Position numbers and translations under genes: made by a program | Notes under the pieces: generated by a model | What the model was told of the DNA's origin: nothing | Seen by the model: only the letters and a program-made list of their open reading frames with translations | Database searches by the model: none | In this document: one piece after another, positions 40,240 through 53,755 of the stretch | Layout of the letters: every line of letters begins with the position of its first letter | Position numbering within the stretch: position 1 is the stretch's first letter | Source of the DNA: Octopus vulgaris | Lineage: Eukaryota | Length of the DNA: 64,000 bases | Reading direction: 5' to 3' | Assembly (NCBI GenBank): GCA_951406725.2 | Contig: OX597814.1 | Span: forward strand, 117,800,001-117,864,000

Positions 40240-40427
40240 CTTCAAGATTCCAGATGAGAATACTAAGACAATGGAAGAAGGCCTATCTCTGTTCCCAAAG
40301 GAATGGTACTGATTCGAAGCACGTATCTTATTATAAGTAGCAGTAGAAATATTATAAGTGTAATCATTAGCATAAGAAACTTATTTATAACCTACTTGTC
40401 TATGTTTACAAAAATTACTAAATAAAC

Positions 40428-40590
40428 AGGCGCAGGAGTGGCTGTGTGGTAAGTAGCTTGCTTACCAACCACATAGCTCGGAGTCCAGTCCCACTGCGTT
40501 GAACCTTGGGCAAGTGTCTTCTACTATAGACCCGAGCCGACCAAAGCCTTGTGAGCGGATTTGGTAGACGGAAACTGAAAGAACCCCGTC

Positions 40591-40675
<85 letters not shown>

Positions 40676-40890
40676 TGCGTCTGTGTTTGTCCGCGCAACA
40701 TTACTTGACAACCACTGGTGGTGTGTTTTCATCCCCGTAACTTAGCGGTTCGGCACAAGAGACCGATGGGATAATACTAGTCTTACAACAAATAAGTCCT
40801 GAGATCGATTGTCTCGACTAAAGGCGGTTCTCCGGCAAAGCTGCAGTCAAATGACTGAAACAAGTAAAAGAGTAAAATGAGTAAAGAGTA
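40428..40890 (+). mobile_element. tRNA-derived CORE-like SINE (family B) with internal (AT)n(GT)n
   Basis: ggcgcaggagtggctgtgtggtaagtagc head, accttgggcaagt core-like motif and (gagtaaa)n tail. Confidence 0.8.
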
Positions 40891-41162
40891 AACAATTTTC
40901 TTCGTTTCTACAATCACAAAAGGAATTTCAAGCCTCCTTGAGCCGTCAACAATTGAATAATTATTAAGCAAAATTCTTTAAAAGGCATCATTTCATAAGA
41001 GTACCACGACTGCTTCCCAAAGTGGAAAACGCGCTGGGACCGACGCATTGCTTCATATGGAGAATAATTTGAAGGTGTTAAATGTATAAACATGTATAAA
41101 CATGCAAAAAGTAATGTAAACCAGAATATTGCAAAATTACGTTTTCTTTTTGGTACCCTGTC

Positions 41163-41266
<104 letters not shown>

Positions 41267-41426
41267 CTATATATATATACTGTCAACTTAACGTGACAGT
41301 AGGGGATTACACCACCGCTGTTTAGCCCTAGGAAGCATCGACGCTTCCTGTCGGCTTCGACACATTTCCTGTGTCCTTATATATTTACGAAGGGGAGACA
41401 AATACCCCCAACAGCTAGGCCTGCAT

Positions 41427-41471
41427 CTAGAGACACGCATGTTTCAGGGTCTTTGCCTATCATCGGTCTAG
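41427..41471 (-). ncRNA. Minimal HHR variant (U4C core)
   Basis: Minus strand: ctaga-CCGATGA-tagg-caaaga-ccct-GAAAC-ATGCGT-GTC-tctag. Confidence 0.65.
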
Positions 41472-41498
41472 AGTAGCAGAAGCCTGCTAGCTGAAGAT

Positions 41499-43167
41499 TA
41501 AATCTTTATTATAGGCACAATGGCCCGAATTAAGAGGAGACATAACAATACAGGATATGGGGTACATATAATAAAAAAAATACAAAAAGGATGGTATGGC
41601 AATGAATTATTTGTAATGAATTAAATGGAATGTCTTACGAGACCCCCAAAGCTCGAAGTTTCATTTACAATTACAATTGTGTTATTCAGGGCGTTCATCC
41701 GTCATGTACTCGAGTAACTTCTCCTGTTCTATAATACCTGGCAAACTGTCATACCGAATGTATTGCATTACGCATACAGTTGTATACACCTTTTCAGTGT
41801 CATTACTGTCTCTCCTTCTACAATCGCCGCCTTCACTTGGCCATCAAATATCTTCGGGTTCAACTTCACTCTAATTAGACTTTTCATATTTGTCGACTTC
41901 TTCTCAATTTCCTTGTCCTTCATGTACAACATTATAGCTTTAAGATTTCTTCCTTACATCTTTTCAGTTGTTCTTCCTTTCTTCTTTCCCATTCTTCCCC
42001 TACCTGCCAATTTGAAACTTCACTCACTTTCGTTTCTGTATCTTTCTCTTCGTGCGTTCGATCCTCTATCTCGTCGGTAGACTTCTTTTTAGCCTTTTCT
42101 TTTTTTTTTGTGCTTTTGGTGGTGATTCCACCCGCGTTCTCTTCGTATCCTCTTTTTCTGCTGTTCTTTCCTTTTCTTTCTCCTTCACCAACTCGTCACC
42201 ACTTTCCACATTATCTGTAGTTACGATTTCCTCTTCTGCTTGCAATTCCACATTCGCCTTTTGTAACTCCTCTGTCAAAGTCTCCAGTGATATCGTCTTC
42301 TCTTGTACTTCTCTTAGCGGACACATATCCTTCATGTGGCCTCTAATTTTGCATTTGTAGCACAGAGGGGGTCTCCCCTCCACCTCGACTCTGAGACGTG
42401 TCTCGTCGGGGAACACCAACTCCTCTGGGATGTTATACAGGTCTGGCATGGTTATATGAACCAAAGCCTGCACCGCCTAACCCCACCACTTCACTTCTTT
42501 CGACATTTCCACCTTCAGTATGTCGACCCTCTCTTTGCAGTTGAATACTATTGCCGCTACAATTCTTTCCATGTTCAGTTCCGGTGAAATTTTACTGATT
42601 CGTATTCTTACTGCTCTTTTTCCACAATAGCTAGGTAGTAACATAGGTAGTAACACCCATTTTTCAGTTTTCAATATTTTCGTGGCGTTCCTCTTCACTT
42701 CATCTTCGTTTTCAAAATGAATAACTACTGTTGCGTATTTTCTACTTCTATTGTAAAAGGTAGTTTCTCCTTCAATTTCCTGTAGAAACCTCTCGATTTC
42801 TTCCACCTCTGCCACTTCTATTCTCTTCGAAGCCACGCTCCACGTTCTGTATGTTATAATACGCTTCTCTGCTTCTTTCGCTTCGTCTTCAGGTGATGTG
42901 ACCCTCAGGCAATCACCCTCCTTCTTGAAGCTGTTGAAGTATTTCTTCAAACTCTCTTTCTCGACGACCACTTCCTCCAACTGCATTTCGCTTGCAGCCA
43001 GGCCCTTGCCTGCTGCTCCCGCATAAGTTTGGGCTTGCATACCCAACAAAAACTCCAAAAATTCACCACGCCGTAACAGCTTTCACCAACGAATTCGAAC
43101 TCACAACCGCGATACACAATAACCGTAACACAAAATAACCGACACAAAAACCGCCAGCCGCAGATCA
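41499..43167 (-). mobile_element. ORF1-only (HAL1-like) non-autonomous retroelement with 15-bp TSD
   Basis: TSD CTGCTAGCTGAAGAT at 41484-41498 and 43168-43182. In-frame ORFs 42477-43058 and 42066-42473 carry a gag-type knuckle CYKCKIRGHMKDMC. AATAAA lies at the 3' end. No RT seen. Confidence 0.75.
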
Positions 43168-43495
43168 CTGCTAGCTGAAGATATCTGTCTCGACTTGGTA
43201 AATATATATATATAATTTTCAGTTAAGTTTATTCACTGTTCACCAAAATCAGAAGTATTAAATTTCTAAATATCTCATAGAGATATGTACGGTGGTGGGG
43301 CGATAGAGTGATTGTATACTGTCAACTTAACGTGACAGTATCTCTATGAGATATTAACGTGACAGTATCTCTATGAGATATTTAGAAATTTAATATTTCT
43401 GATTCTGGTGATCAGTGAATAAATTTCACTGAAAATTAGATATATATATTTACGAAGTCGAGACAGATATATTCAGCTAGCAGGCTTCTGCTACT

Positions 43496-43540
43496 CTAGA
43501 ACGATGATGGGCAAAGACCCTGAAACATGCGTGTCTCTAG
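43496..43540 (+). ncRNA. Minimal HHR, inverted copy (C3 mutated)
   Basis: ctaga-ACGATGA-tggg-caaaga-ccct-GAAAC-ATGCGT-GTC-tctag. Confidence 0.55.
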
Positions 43541-43897
43541 TTGCGGGCCTAGCTGTTGGGGGTATTTGTCTCCCCCTTCGTAAATATATAAGGACACAGG
43601 AAATGTGTCGAAGCCGACAGGAAGCGTCGATGCTTCCTAGGGCTAAACAGCAGTGTGTAATCCCCTACTGTCACGTTACGTTGACAGTATACAACCACCC
43701 TATCGCTCCACCACCGTACATATCTCTATGAGATATTTAGAAATTTAATATTTTTGATATATATATATATATTTATATATATATATATATATATATATAA
43801 CGGGAAGCTTTATGAAAATAGACAAAAGACGAAGGCAGGTGGAAAACAAACAAACAATTGTATTAGTATGGCGCTCAGGAAATATAAATAAAACAAG

Positions 43898-43935
43898 TCT
43901 TTAACGTTTCGAGCCTACGCTCTTCAACAGAAAGA
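43898..43935 (-). ncRNA. Minimal HHR variant (A6U core) in Neptune-like pseudo-LTR
   Basis: Minus strand: tcttt-CTGTTGA-a-gagc-gtag-gctc-GAAAC-GTT-aaaga. Confidence 0.65.
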
Positions 43936-44844
43936 TACACAGAGAGAAAAAAAAACACAGAAAGAAGGAGAGAAAAAAATGCGTGCAGTAACTAACGAAT
44001 CAACATGGCGATCTGATTTCGGCCAGAGGTCAAAGATCGAACATGAGACGCGAGAGCGAAATAAGGGGAGATAATAGGGTTGATAATAGGGTTGAATGAC
44101 CAGCTATTAGTGCGTAGGAGGGGTCTGGACGTGTGTATGTATAGGGTTGGTGTATGTATTAGTATGTATAAGGGTGTGTGTGTGTGTGTGTGTGTGTATG
44201 AGAGAGTATTAGTGCGTAGGATAGGTCTGGACGTGCGTATGTATGGGGTTGGTGTATGTATTAGTATGTATTAGTATGTATTAGTACGTATTAGTATGTA
44301 TAAGTGTGTGTGTGTGTGTATGAGAGAGTATAAGTGCGTATGAGGGGTCTGGACGTGTGTATGTATAGGGTTGGTGTATGTATTAGTATGTATTAGTATG
44401 TATTAGTACGTATTAGTATGTATTATTTGGTGTATGTATTAGTATGGCACATCATATATGATGCGATGTGTAAAGTCGTGTGGTGGAGTGAGGAGAAGAA
44501 GGGGAGGGGGAGAAGAGGGAAGAGATGGGGAGGGGAAGAAGAGGGGGAGGATATGGGGAAGAGGAGAGGAGGGGGGAGAGAGGAGGGGGAGAAGGAAGGG
44601 GAGGAGGAAGGAGGAAAGAGGGAGAGGGGGAGGGAGAGGGGGAGAGAGAAGGGGAGGGAGGGAGCAGAGGGGGAAGGGGTAGAGGGAAGGAGGGAGGGAG
44701 AAGAAGGGAAGGGAAGTAGGGGTGAAAGGATGAAGGACTGAAGAAGTAGGGGTCGGGGGGAAGGATAGGTGAGGAGGGGGGAGAGGGGGTTAGATGAGGA
44801 GGGGGAGAGTTGAGACCAAATGGCGTATAAGAGCGAAGAGAAGA

Positions 44845-47550
44845 TTAATTCCTGTTCACGGCGCAAACGGGAATCCGGTTGGCCTCTGTGTAAGGACAAA
44901 CCGAACACAGATAGGTGTTGCAAGGAGTAACCGGTGGAGCGGAAATGGCGTGAGACCGGTGTGTCGTTCGCAAGGTGGATGTCACGATGGTGTTCCGCGA
45001 ACCGGTCAGCCAAGCGGCGTCCCGTTTGTCCGATGTACAATGAATTGCAGAGAGAGCAAGAGACGCAATAGATAATATTGCTGGAGGTGCAGGTGAAGGA
45101 GTGGATGATGGGATAGGGTCGATGGTGGGTGCTAGTGAGGCGGGTGGTGTTGGAGAGGTAAGGGCAAGTGCGGCAACGTGGGCGGGAGCAGGGGAACGAG
45201 CCGGGTTGGAAGGTAGGGTCAGGGAAGGAGCTTGGACCAAAAGGTCTCGAAGGTTGTGGGCTCGTTTGAAAGAGGGGAGGGGTCGTTTAGGGAAGAGGTG
45301 TGAAGTGGACGGGTCGGACTGGAGATGACGGAAAGCTCGAAGAATGGTGCGTTGGAGACGTAGGGTCGTGGGGTGGTAAGTGAGGGGAAAAGGGAGGCGG
45401 GAGACTACAGGTCGGGTTCGGGGAGAGAGAGCAGATACACGGTCCACGGACAGTGCTCTGGCAAGGGCGGTGTGGATAGTGGTGAGGGGGTATCCACGTA
45501 GGGTGAAGTGGTGAGCCATACGTTGAGACTGAGTCTCAAAGTCATGGTCGTCACTACAGAGCCTACGTAGACGGAGGAATTGGGAATAGGGGATGGAAAG
45601 CTTGGTGTGTTCTGGGTGGGAGGAAGAGAAGTTGAGGTATGAGTGTGAGTCTGTGTGTTTGTAGTGAATGGAGGTGGTAAGAGTGGAGTGAAGAAGGCTA
45701 ACCGAAATGTCGAGGAAGGAGACAGAGGTGTTGGAGATAGCGGAAGTGAAGTGGAGGGCTGGATGGAAAGATTGGACGAAAGAGAGGAAGGAATCTAGAT
45801 GTTCACGGGAGAGTGAGGTGGCACAGATAATGTCGTCAATGTAACGACCATATAGTTCAGGAGTGGGACCAGTGAAATTAGAGAATATTTGGGCCTCAAC
45901 ATAGCCAACGAACAGGTTCGCATAGTTGGGGCCCATTCGAGTTCCCATGGCCACTCCCGAGACCTGATGGTAGAACTCGCCCGCGAACGAGAAGCAGTTC
46001 AGAGTAAGGACAAGTTCGGCCAGACGAATGAGTGTGGAGGTGTCAGGTACAGGGTTAGAGCGGAGGTCAAGAAAGTGTCGAAGGGCCTGCAGTCCTTCGT
46101 GGTGAGGGATGACAGTATAGAGGCTTTGGATGTCCATAGTAAAAAGGATTTTGGAGGAGCCGGGAGGAAAAGAAAGAGTTGAAAAGCCGGAGAGCATGGT
46201 TGGTATCGTGGATGTGGGAGGGAAGAGATTCCACTAGGAGGGCAAGGACACGGTCGAGGTATTTAGAGATGAGACCGTGGGGCAGTTACAGGCGGAGACG
46301 ATGGGGCGGCCAGGGTTGTTGGGTTTGTGGATTTTGGGGAGGAAGTAAATGGTGGGGGTACGTGGGGTTCGCACAATTAGGTTGGATGCGGTGCGGGGGA
46401 GACGGGAGGACGAGATGAGGTCGCGGACGGTAGAGGATACCGTCTGTTGGTAGCTACGTGTGGGGTTAGAGGGCAGAGGGGAATAGAAGGAGGTGTCATT
46501 GAGTTGGCGGAAAGCCTCGGCCCTATAGAGGTCCGCGCGCCACACCACTACAGCTCCACCCTTGTCAGCCGGTTTGATGATAATGTCAGCGCGCCGTTGG
46601 AGGGAACGAAGAGCCAAGAGCTCAGCCGGGGAGATGTTGAGGCGGCGTTGGCGCCTGGAGAAGTTGAACCGCTTCAATGCACGCTGACAAGCGCCCGCGA
46701 AAAGATCCACTGCTAGGATCTGGCCAGGGGCAGGTGTCCACGGGGATGGTCGGCGGCCCTGGCCAGTGAAGCGGTCCTCTTCGTTGGGTGTGGGTGGCGA
46801 GTCGTGGTAATGCGCACCCAACCGGACACGGCGCACAAAGCTGTGGACATCAACTCGCGTCTGGAATTCCTTAGAGGATGGAGTGAGGGGGATGAAACGC
46901 AGACCCCTACCAAGGACGGAGCGTTCAGCCGCAGAGAGGGAAAGATCGGGGGGAATGGTAACAACAGACGGAAGTGGAGAAGGGGTGGGTGGAATAGAAG
47001 TAGGAGGGGTGGTAGGTCTCGTGGAGGTCTGAGGGGGAGGGATTGGGGAGGTGTGTGTGGGGTGGTTGGGGGGGCAGTAGGGTTAGGTGTAGGTGGATGG
47101 AGCCTATCGGGAGGGGAGAAGGGGTTGTAGGGAGGGGCAGTGGGGTTCGGTGTGGGTGGATGGAGCCTATCGGGAGAGGAGAAGGGTGGTGGAGGAGTTG
47201 GGGTAGTGGCGTCGGGTAGGGTGGAATGGAAGAGTGATTGGAGTTTACGAAGTTTGGTATCAGAAAAGAAATTGATGGAAGAGTTGATTCAAATGGATAA
47301 TGAAGCGTAGCGTGTTGGGAGCATAGAGAGGCGGCAGAGAGGAGAAGAAGGTGGAGAAAGCAGGAGGAAGAAGGCGGTTGATGGCATGTAGTTTAGAGAG
47401 ATTGGTGCGAATGTTGGCCCGCATAAGGCGGTAAGATGTGGTGCGGAGTATGGGTAAGATGGAAGAATCCGAGTGGAGAGCAGGGTGGAAGTGGAGGCGG
47501 AAACCTTTAGGGATGAGTCGGTGATGTAGGCAGCGGCAGGAAAGAGACAT
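44845..47550 (-). pseudogene. Neptune-like PLE RT-GIY-YIG ORF, frameshifted
   Basis: Motifs LIPKGF, KPADKGGAVVVW, LPKIHKPNNPGRPIVS, TMDIQSLYT, GVAMGTRMGPNYANLF, RYIDD, FLDI, SSHP and YIGQTGRRLADRFAEH. Confidence 0.88.
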
Positions 47551-48414
47551 GGCTAGAGAAGCGGGTTTTTAAAAAAGTAGAGAGAGATTAACGGACGGCT
47601 GAAGGCAATATACAGGAAGGGAAACGGAGATGATCCTTCAAACGGTGATGGAGGGTGAGGTAGGACCTAGGATCCGGCATGATGGGATTGCGGAAAAAAA
47701 AACAAACGTTCGAAAAAACAAAAGAAACAAAAACAAAAAATTATCGTATGAAAAAAAAATAGAAAAAAAGGATAGCGAAAAAGGGAAAAAACAAACGTTC
47801 AAAAAAACAAAAAAATGATAATCGTATGAAAAAACTAGATAAGTAAGCAATAGGGGCAGAAAAGACGGGGCAAACGGAAAAGGGAAAGAAAGAAGGGAAG
47901 CAGAGAGAGGGGGAGGCAAAAATAAGGGGAGATAATAGGATTGATAATAGGGTTGAATGACCAGCTATTAGTGCGTAGGAGGGGTCTGGACGTGTGTATG
48001 TATAGGGTTGGTGTATGTATTAGTATGTATAAGGGTGTGTGTGTGTGTGTATGTGTATGAGAGAGTATTAGTGCGTAGGATAGGTCTGGACGTGCGTATG
48101 TATGGGGTTGGTGTATGTATTAGTATGTATTAGTATGTATTAGTACGTATTAGTATGTATTAGTTGGTGTATGTATTAGTATGGAACATCATATATGATG
48201 TGATGTGTAAAGTCGTGTGGTGTAGTGAGGAGAAGAGGGGGAGGGGGAGAAGAGGGGGAGGAGGAGGGGGAGGGAAGGAGGAAAGAGGGGAGGGGGGGAG
48301 AAGAGGGGAGTGAGGATGTTTTCCACCTGCCTTCGTCTTTTGTCTATTTTCATAAAGCTTCCCGTTTATATATATATATATATTGTTATATTTCGGTGTC
48401 ATTTTCAGTTTGCA

Positions 48415-48513
<99 letters not shown>

Positions 48514-48525
48514 GTATATATAATT

Positions 48526-48905
48526 ATTTGAGGGAATATTATACCTAACTTACAGGGAAAAATTCAATTCAGAAATACTAAATTAAATTTCACAAAATAT
48601 AATATATATATATATATCTATATATATATAAATTAGGAAAAAGACACCTTTTATCAATTCAAAATGAACAATTAAATTACACCATGTAGAAAATTACATA
48701 TAATAGAAATATTAAAATTAAAATATCAATGATATACGGATGGTTTCTACCAAATATATACGTTTTTATTATTTTGCAATTTACTTAATCATCGGTATAT
48801 TATTGTTATTTTAATTTTAATATTTCTATTATATGTTATTTTCTAGATGTTGCAATTTGATTGTTCATTTTGAATTGATAAAATGTTTTTTTTTTCTAAT
48901 TTATA
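48526..48905. repeat. Fold-back pair of pseudo-LTR ends of the 27357/28890 family
   Basis: ~48630-48735 and ~48795-48902 are reverse complements and match 27395-27505 and 28910-29045. Confidence 0.65.
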
Positions 48906-49399
48906 TATATATATATTTATGCTAATTGCAACCTCTGCACAGGAATCTTCCTCTTCAATCAATAAATACTGTGATGAGATTTTATATGACTACCAAGACA
49001 TGCTCTTAACAAACAGACTCTACTGCAGACCTTACAAATAATATTAAGCAGAAAAGTGCCTGGGATTGTAATGAAATCCTATCTACGAGGTGCTCGTTTC
49101 CTGAGAGATTGTTCCATTCTCCGAGCTTCTAATGTTTTACACCTATTGTAGATCATTTGTTTCGAAACCGATCGATCTTGCGACGTCTCCCATTTTTCAA
49201 CTTTCAGCTATATTGGATCTGTTCTCTAGAGCTTGTATTGACTAAAAAACAAAGATCATGTTTTGTCAGCCATCAGGCCAACCCTGTGTGTAACCGAACG
49301 TCTTCGTCAAGGATACAAGATTAGTTGTGTTTGGTTCGTTCCTCTAACATGGCACCATTCTCTCTAGAGATGGATCCCTTGATTCTCAAATGAAGCTAA

Positions 49400-49612
49400 T
49401 TATTGAAAAGCCAGCGTGCGTTGTCTGATAGAGGTATCACATTCAATACCATGCTTAGTGTCTATGAATCTTGCACTTTAACGGTTCTCCTGTACTCTTC
49501 AAAGCGCTGGGTGACATATCGGTACCACATCAAGGCTTTAGAAAGATTCCATCAGACTTGCCTAAGGACGATACAAGCCATCAAATGGAAGTCTTTAACG
49601 CCAGACACTGTC
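49400..49612 (+). mobile_element. RTE-clade LINE RT C-terminal fragment
   Basis: VLLYSSKRWVTYRYHIKALERFHQTCLRTIQAIKW. Confidence 0.6.
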
Positions 49613-50536
49613 GTTATTCATACACACTCACACACATTTGTATGTGTGAGTCTGTGTGTCTGTATGTGTGTGTCTATCAGTGTATCTGTGTATGTGTGTC
49701 GTGTCTGTGTTTGTGTGGTCAATAAGGAACTCATTTGTAAATGATTTATGTTAACTATATCCAAGAATCAGACAGAAATCTATGCAATTACAAAACACAT
49801 GTAAGAAATTTCTGGTGAATGAGTATTAGATCCAAACGCCATCTAGAAGAATTTCGAGAAATTTCAGAGCATTAGAAAAGAACAATATGTATGGAGTCAA
49901 TCACATCTTTAATCGTAAAATTCTCCTTAAAAAGACGACAATTGGTTCTATGTTATTAACATATTTAGATATCGAAAATATTGAAATTAATATTTTCGAA
50001 TATAATTGTCAACACAACATTTTCAGAGCGATGCAAACTTAGTTAAATCCAAAGTGAACCAGTGCACGAACACATTCAAAATGAACGCTAAGAAGAAATT
50101 TAATCTAGCAAAAGCTATTTTTGTAATCAACTTTTGGTGACGTCAGTGGATAAGTAAAGAAGGAATGCTAGACATAAGAATTCTAAATTACGACATATAG
50201 AAAAATAGAGATTTTACCTGTTTAAAACAAGAATCAGTTACATGTTTAAATCTAGAAAATATATGCGTATTACATATCACATGGAAAGCAATTATAATGA
50301 AAGACTAAAATATTTAAATACCTTCCGAAATTTCTGGCACCATTAAATTGAAAATGTCCCGTTAAAATAAAATATTTAGAAATAATTATGTAAGAAATTG
50401 CTTGCATGTAAAGATCACATATGGAAGTGCCAATATTGTACGATGGTGTACTGTTCTTTTCTTTTAAATCGCATATACAGTTACTAAGATTTGTAGAATT
50501 ACATTTTCTTCTGTTTATATTATATACCCAACCTAA

Positions 50537-50742
50537 AGGCGGCGAGCTGGCAGAACCGTTAGCACGCCGGGCGAAATGCGTAGCCGTATTTCATCTGAGT
50601 TCAAATTCCGCCGAGGTCGACTTTGCCTTTCATCCTTTCGGGGTCGATAAATTAAGTACCAGTTACGCACTGGGGTCGATGTAATCAACTTAGAGATTTG
50701 TTTGTCCTCCCTGTTTTTAACCCCTTGTGGATAATAAAGAAG
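50537..50742 (+). mobile_element. tRNA-derived SINE (family A)
   Basis: Near copy of 18405-18640. Confidence 0.8.
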
Positions 50743-50749
50743 CATATAT

Positions 50750-53700
50750 ACCCGGGCTAATTTCCCGTCTTTTTTAGGAGGGGTTAGCCACATCAAGACA
50801 CACATGAGTCATTCCATTCATTTCCCAGTGCGAAGGAGCGAGCCCTGTTCTAGGCTCGAGGCAAGGCAAACCCCATTATCAGCAGCGGCGCCCGGCAGCA
50901 CAAGATGAATTAACCCCGCCACATAATGCTTGTTCCGTACCCCTTTGAGCAACATCAAAATTCACTCATCCATCAACAAACCCTCTACAAGCTCTCCTAT
51001 AATTTATTAACTCTCTAGCCTCCCTCACTCCAACACCTCTAACTACCAAAGCTTTACTCACTCCATCCACCCACACAAACCGAAGTCTGCTTCTGGTTCT
51101 GCTGCCTACCACTTCAACCTTCATCACACTCCTTACTATCCGCCCCTCATCCATCCTCTCCATGTTGTCAAACTACCTCAACATCCGTATATCCAGCTTG
51201 TTAGTTGTTAGTTTTTATCTCATTCCTGCTCGTCTTCGCACCTCATAATTCCTCATCCTGTCCGTCTGTGTCACATCAACAATAGTCATCAGATATTTCA
51301 TCTCAAACACATCTAGTCGCCTCCTTTCCGCTTCTCAAACTCCACGTCTCTGAACCATATAACATGGTCGGAGGAATCTCACCTTCATACACAACTATTT
51401 TTGCTTTTATACTCAAACATTTATCTGTCTGCATACCTTTCAAAACTCCAAGTATCTTACTCTCCTTCCTCATTCCATATCCCACCTCCTCAGCCACCCC
51501 ATCCGCTGTCACATGTGACCCCTGATACTTAATAACACTCACCTACTCTAACGTCTCGCTATTCATACTCACATCCATTCTACCAGACCTTCCATCTCTC
51601 GAATATCCCATCACCTTACACTTAGCAATATTCACTTTCAGTTTCCTCCTCTCACACACTGTTCTAAACTCAACCTACTGTCTCAATTGCTCTTCCGAAT
51701 TCACCACCAGTGCCGTTTCATCAGCAAACAACAACTAACTTACCTGCCATTTCTCACCCATTTCTCCCACCATTTGAGCTCCCTAACCAAGTCTTTTAGC
51801 ATTTACGTCTCTCACCACACCATTCATATATAAATTAAACAGCCACGGTGACATCACACTACCCTGTCTTAACCCCACCTTCACATCAAACAACTCACGT
51901 ACGCCCTACTTTCTCTATGAAAACTCTTAATAGCTCTCAACAGTCTATATTCTACTCCATACAACCGCAGCACCTGCCACTTTACATCCCTATCCACTCG
52001 GTCACATGCATTCTTTAGGTCCATAAAGACCCAAAGCACCTCTCTCTCTCTGTTGCCAATAACTTGTCATGCAACTATCTTACTACATATATTTGATCTG
52101 TACACTTCGTTCCACTCCTAAAAACCACACAGCACCTCCACTAGTACACGCTCTGCCTTCTTACTCTCTCTAACAACAAGAATTATCCCATACAGTTTAG
52201 CAACTACACACAACAGACTTAAACCCCTAACATTTCCACACATTTATCCCCTTTCCCCTTGTACAGTGACACTAAACAGACATTGTACTTATCCTTTGGT
52301 ACATTTCCAGCTATATAACAAATATTCATAAGCCTCACTAAACATTCATTCACTGTCACTCCACCTATCTTTAGGCACTCCACTGTACACCCATCTATAC
52401 CTGACGCCATCCGGTTTGCCATCTTCCGCAAAAGTTCCCTCACCTCCTCTCTTCCAATCGCACTGTAGTTCCATTCCCCCAAAACAGGCATACTTCTCAT
52501 TCCAACTACAGCCACTATATTTGCCTCCCCAACATCCTCCGCATTTAACAGCTCACTAAAATATTCTTCCCAACTACATTATTTACATTATTTACATTTG
52601 ACGGACGTTTGTCCTCATCTTGTTTGTTGTTAACACGTTTTGGCTGATATAGCCTGCGTCCTTCATCAGATGTCTTGGGGAAACGTCGTATTAACAACAA
52701 ACAAGATGAGGACAAATATCCGTCAAATGTAAATAATATAAATAATTTAAATAATATGCATCTCCTAAATATAGGACTGTATCTTCCCATATACTTCGTA
52801 TATCCTCACTTCCTCTCAACAAATTTCCATTTACATCCTTCACCCTTTCGTTCCTTCCTCCATCCATTTTTCTAAATCTTTGTACCTCTTTCAAAAACAT
52901 GTATACTTCTTACAAAAGTTTCACTAAACTTTCTCCCGAGCATTTCACGCGCCTCACATTTCGCCTACATCACCACTCTCTTTACTCTTCCCATCACTTC
53001 TCTGTAGCGATCATGATCCTCTCCACCCCATTTCTGCGACCACTCTTCAAAGGCCCTTTTCTTCTCTACCACCGCGTCCCTCACCTGCTTATTCCATCAC
53101 TCACTACCTTTCCTCATACCCATTCGAACCACTCGTGCACTACATAACTCAGAGGCACATCTCACTACTGCCTCGTTAAAAGACTTTCACTCCTCTCCAC
53201 ATCTCCTACCTTTCGTTTCTTAACCTGTTACTATTCACCTTTCAGTCTCTCTTCATACGCCTCTTCTTTCTCTCTCCTACTCATTCGCTCACCTTCACAA
53301 CAACTTTTCTCCCTGTCACTCGTCTAGCATTCCATTTTGAGCGTACCTTCAACTTACCCTGTACTACTAATTGATCTAACACGCCTCCACTTTTACCTCT
53401 CATTACATGCACATCCACCAACCTTCCTACCACTCTCTTATCAATACATATATCAAGGCCTTATCCACTACTTTTCCTCCCTCTACCCTCCACCACGTGT
53501 ACTTATTCTTCTCTCACTTTCCGAAAAGACTATTCCCCACCACCAACTCGTGCTCCATACACATTTCCAACAACTCCTTTCACTCTCATTCCAACCAAGA
53601 ACTCAATATTTTCCTACTACATTTTCTATTTCCTCATTTTTCACTGCTGCATTCAAATCAGCCAACGCCACCACATCTTTACACTCTCTATCTCTCTCCT

Positions 53701-53755
53701 CTTTACCTCAATTGCACTACATCAAAACACATTCCATGACCTTAGTACTAGGGTG
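50750..53755 (-). mobile_element. Degenerate RTE-clade LINE (endonuclease to RT)
   Basis: Minus-strand pieces WEEYFSELLN, ASGIDG..VECLK.GG, LYKGKGDK, GLRQG.VMSPWLFNLYM, LLFADETAL, MLYGSETW, ERMDEGR. Confidence 0.8.
52573..52781. mobile_element. Palindromic PLE pseudo-LTR insert with 8-bp TSD and decayed HHR
   Basis: TCTTCCCA is duplicated at 52565-52572 and 52782-52789. Arms ~52581-52633 and ~52692-52744 are inverted. Minus strand CTGATGA-agg...gcc-AAAAC-GTG. Confidence 0.7.

Larger units (their letters stand above)
41276..43758. mobile_element. Retrozyme-like non-coding HHR element (~355-bp unit, interrupted by an insertion, followed by an inverted copy)
   Basis: The unit is 41276-41498 plus 43183-43314, restarting at 43315. 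An inverted unit spans ~43366-43758. Flanked by (AT)n. Confidence 0.75.
43799..48367 (-). mobile_element. Neptune-like Penelope element with pseudo-LTR direct repeats and short inverted terminal tail
   Basis: Direct repeats at ~44060-44515 and ~47920-48250. 48319-48366 is an inverted copy of the 3' end 43800-43847. Inserted in (AT)n. Confidence 0.88.

Noticed and set aside
44090-44420. CRISPR-like or regular repeat array
   Set aside because: Degenerate tandem repeats (gtattagtat; ~110-bp units) inside the Neptune-like pseudo-LTR, with no unique spacers, in eukaryotic DNA.
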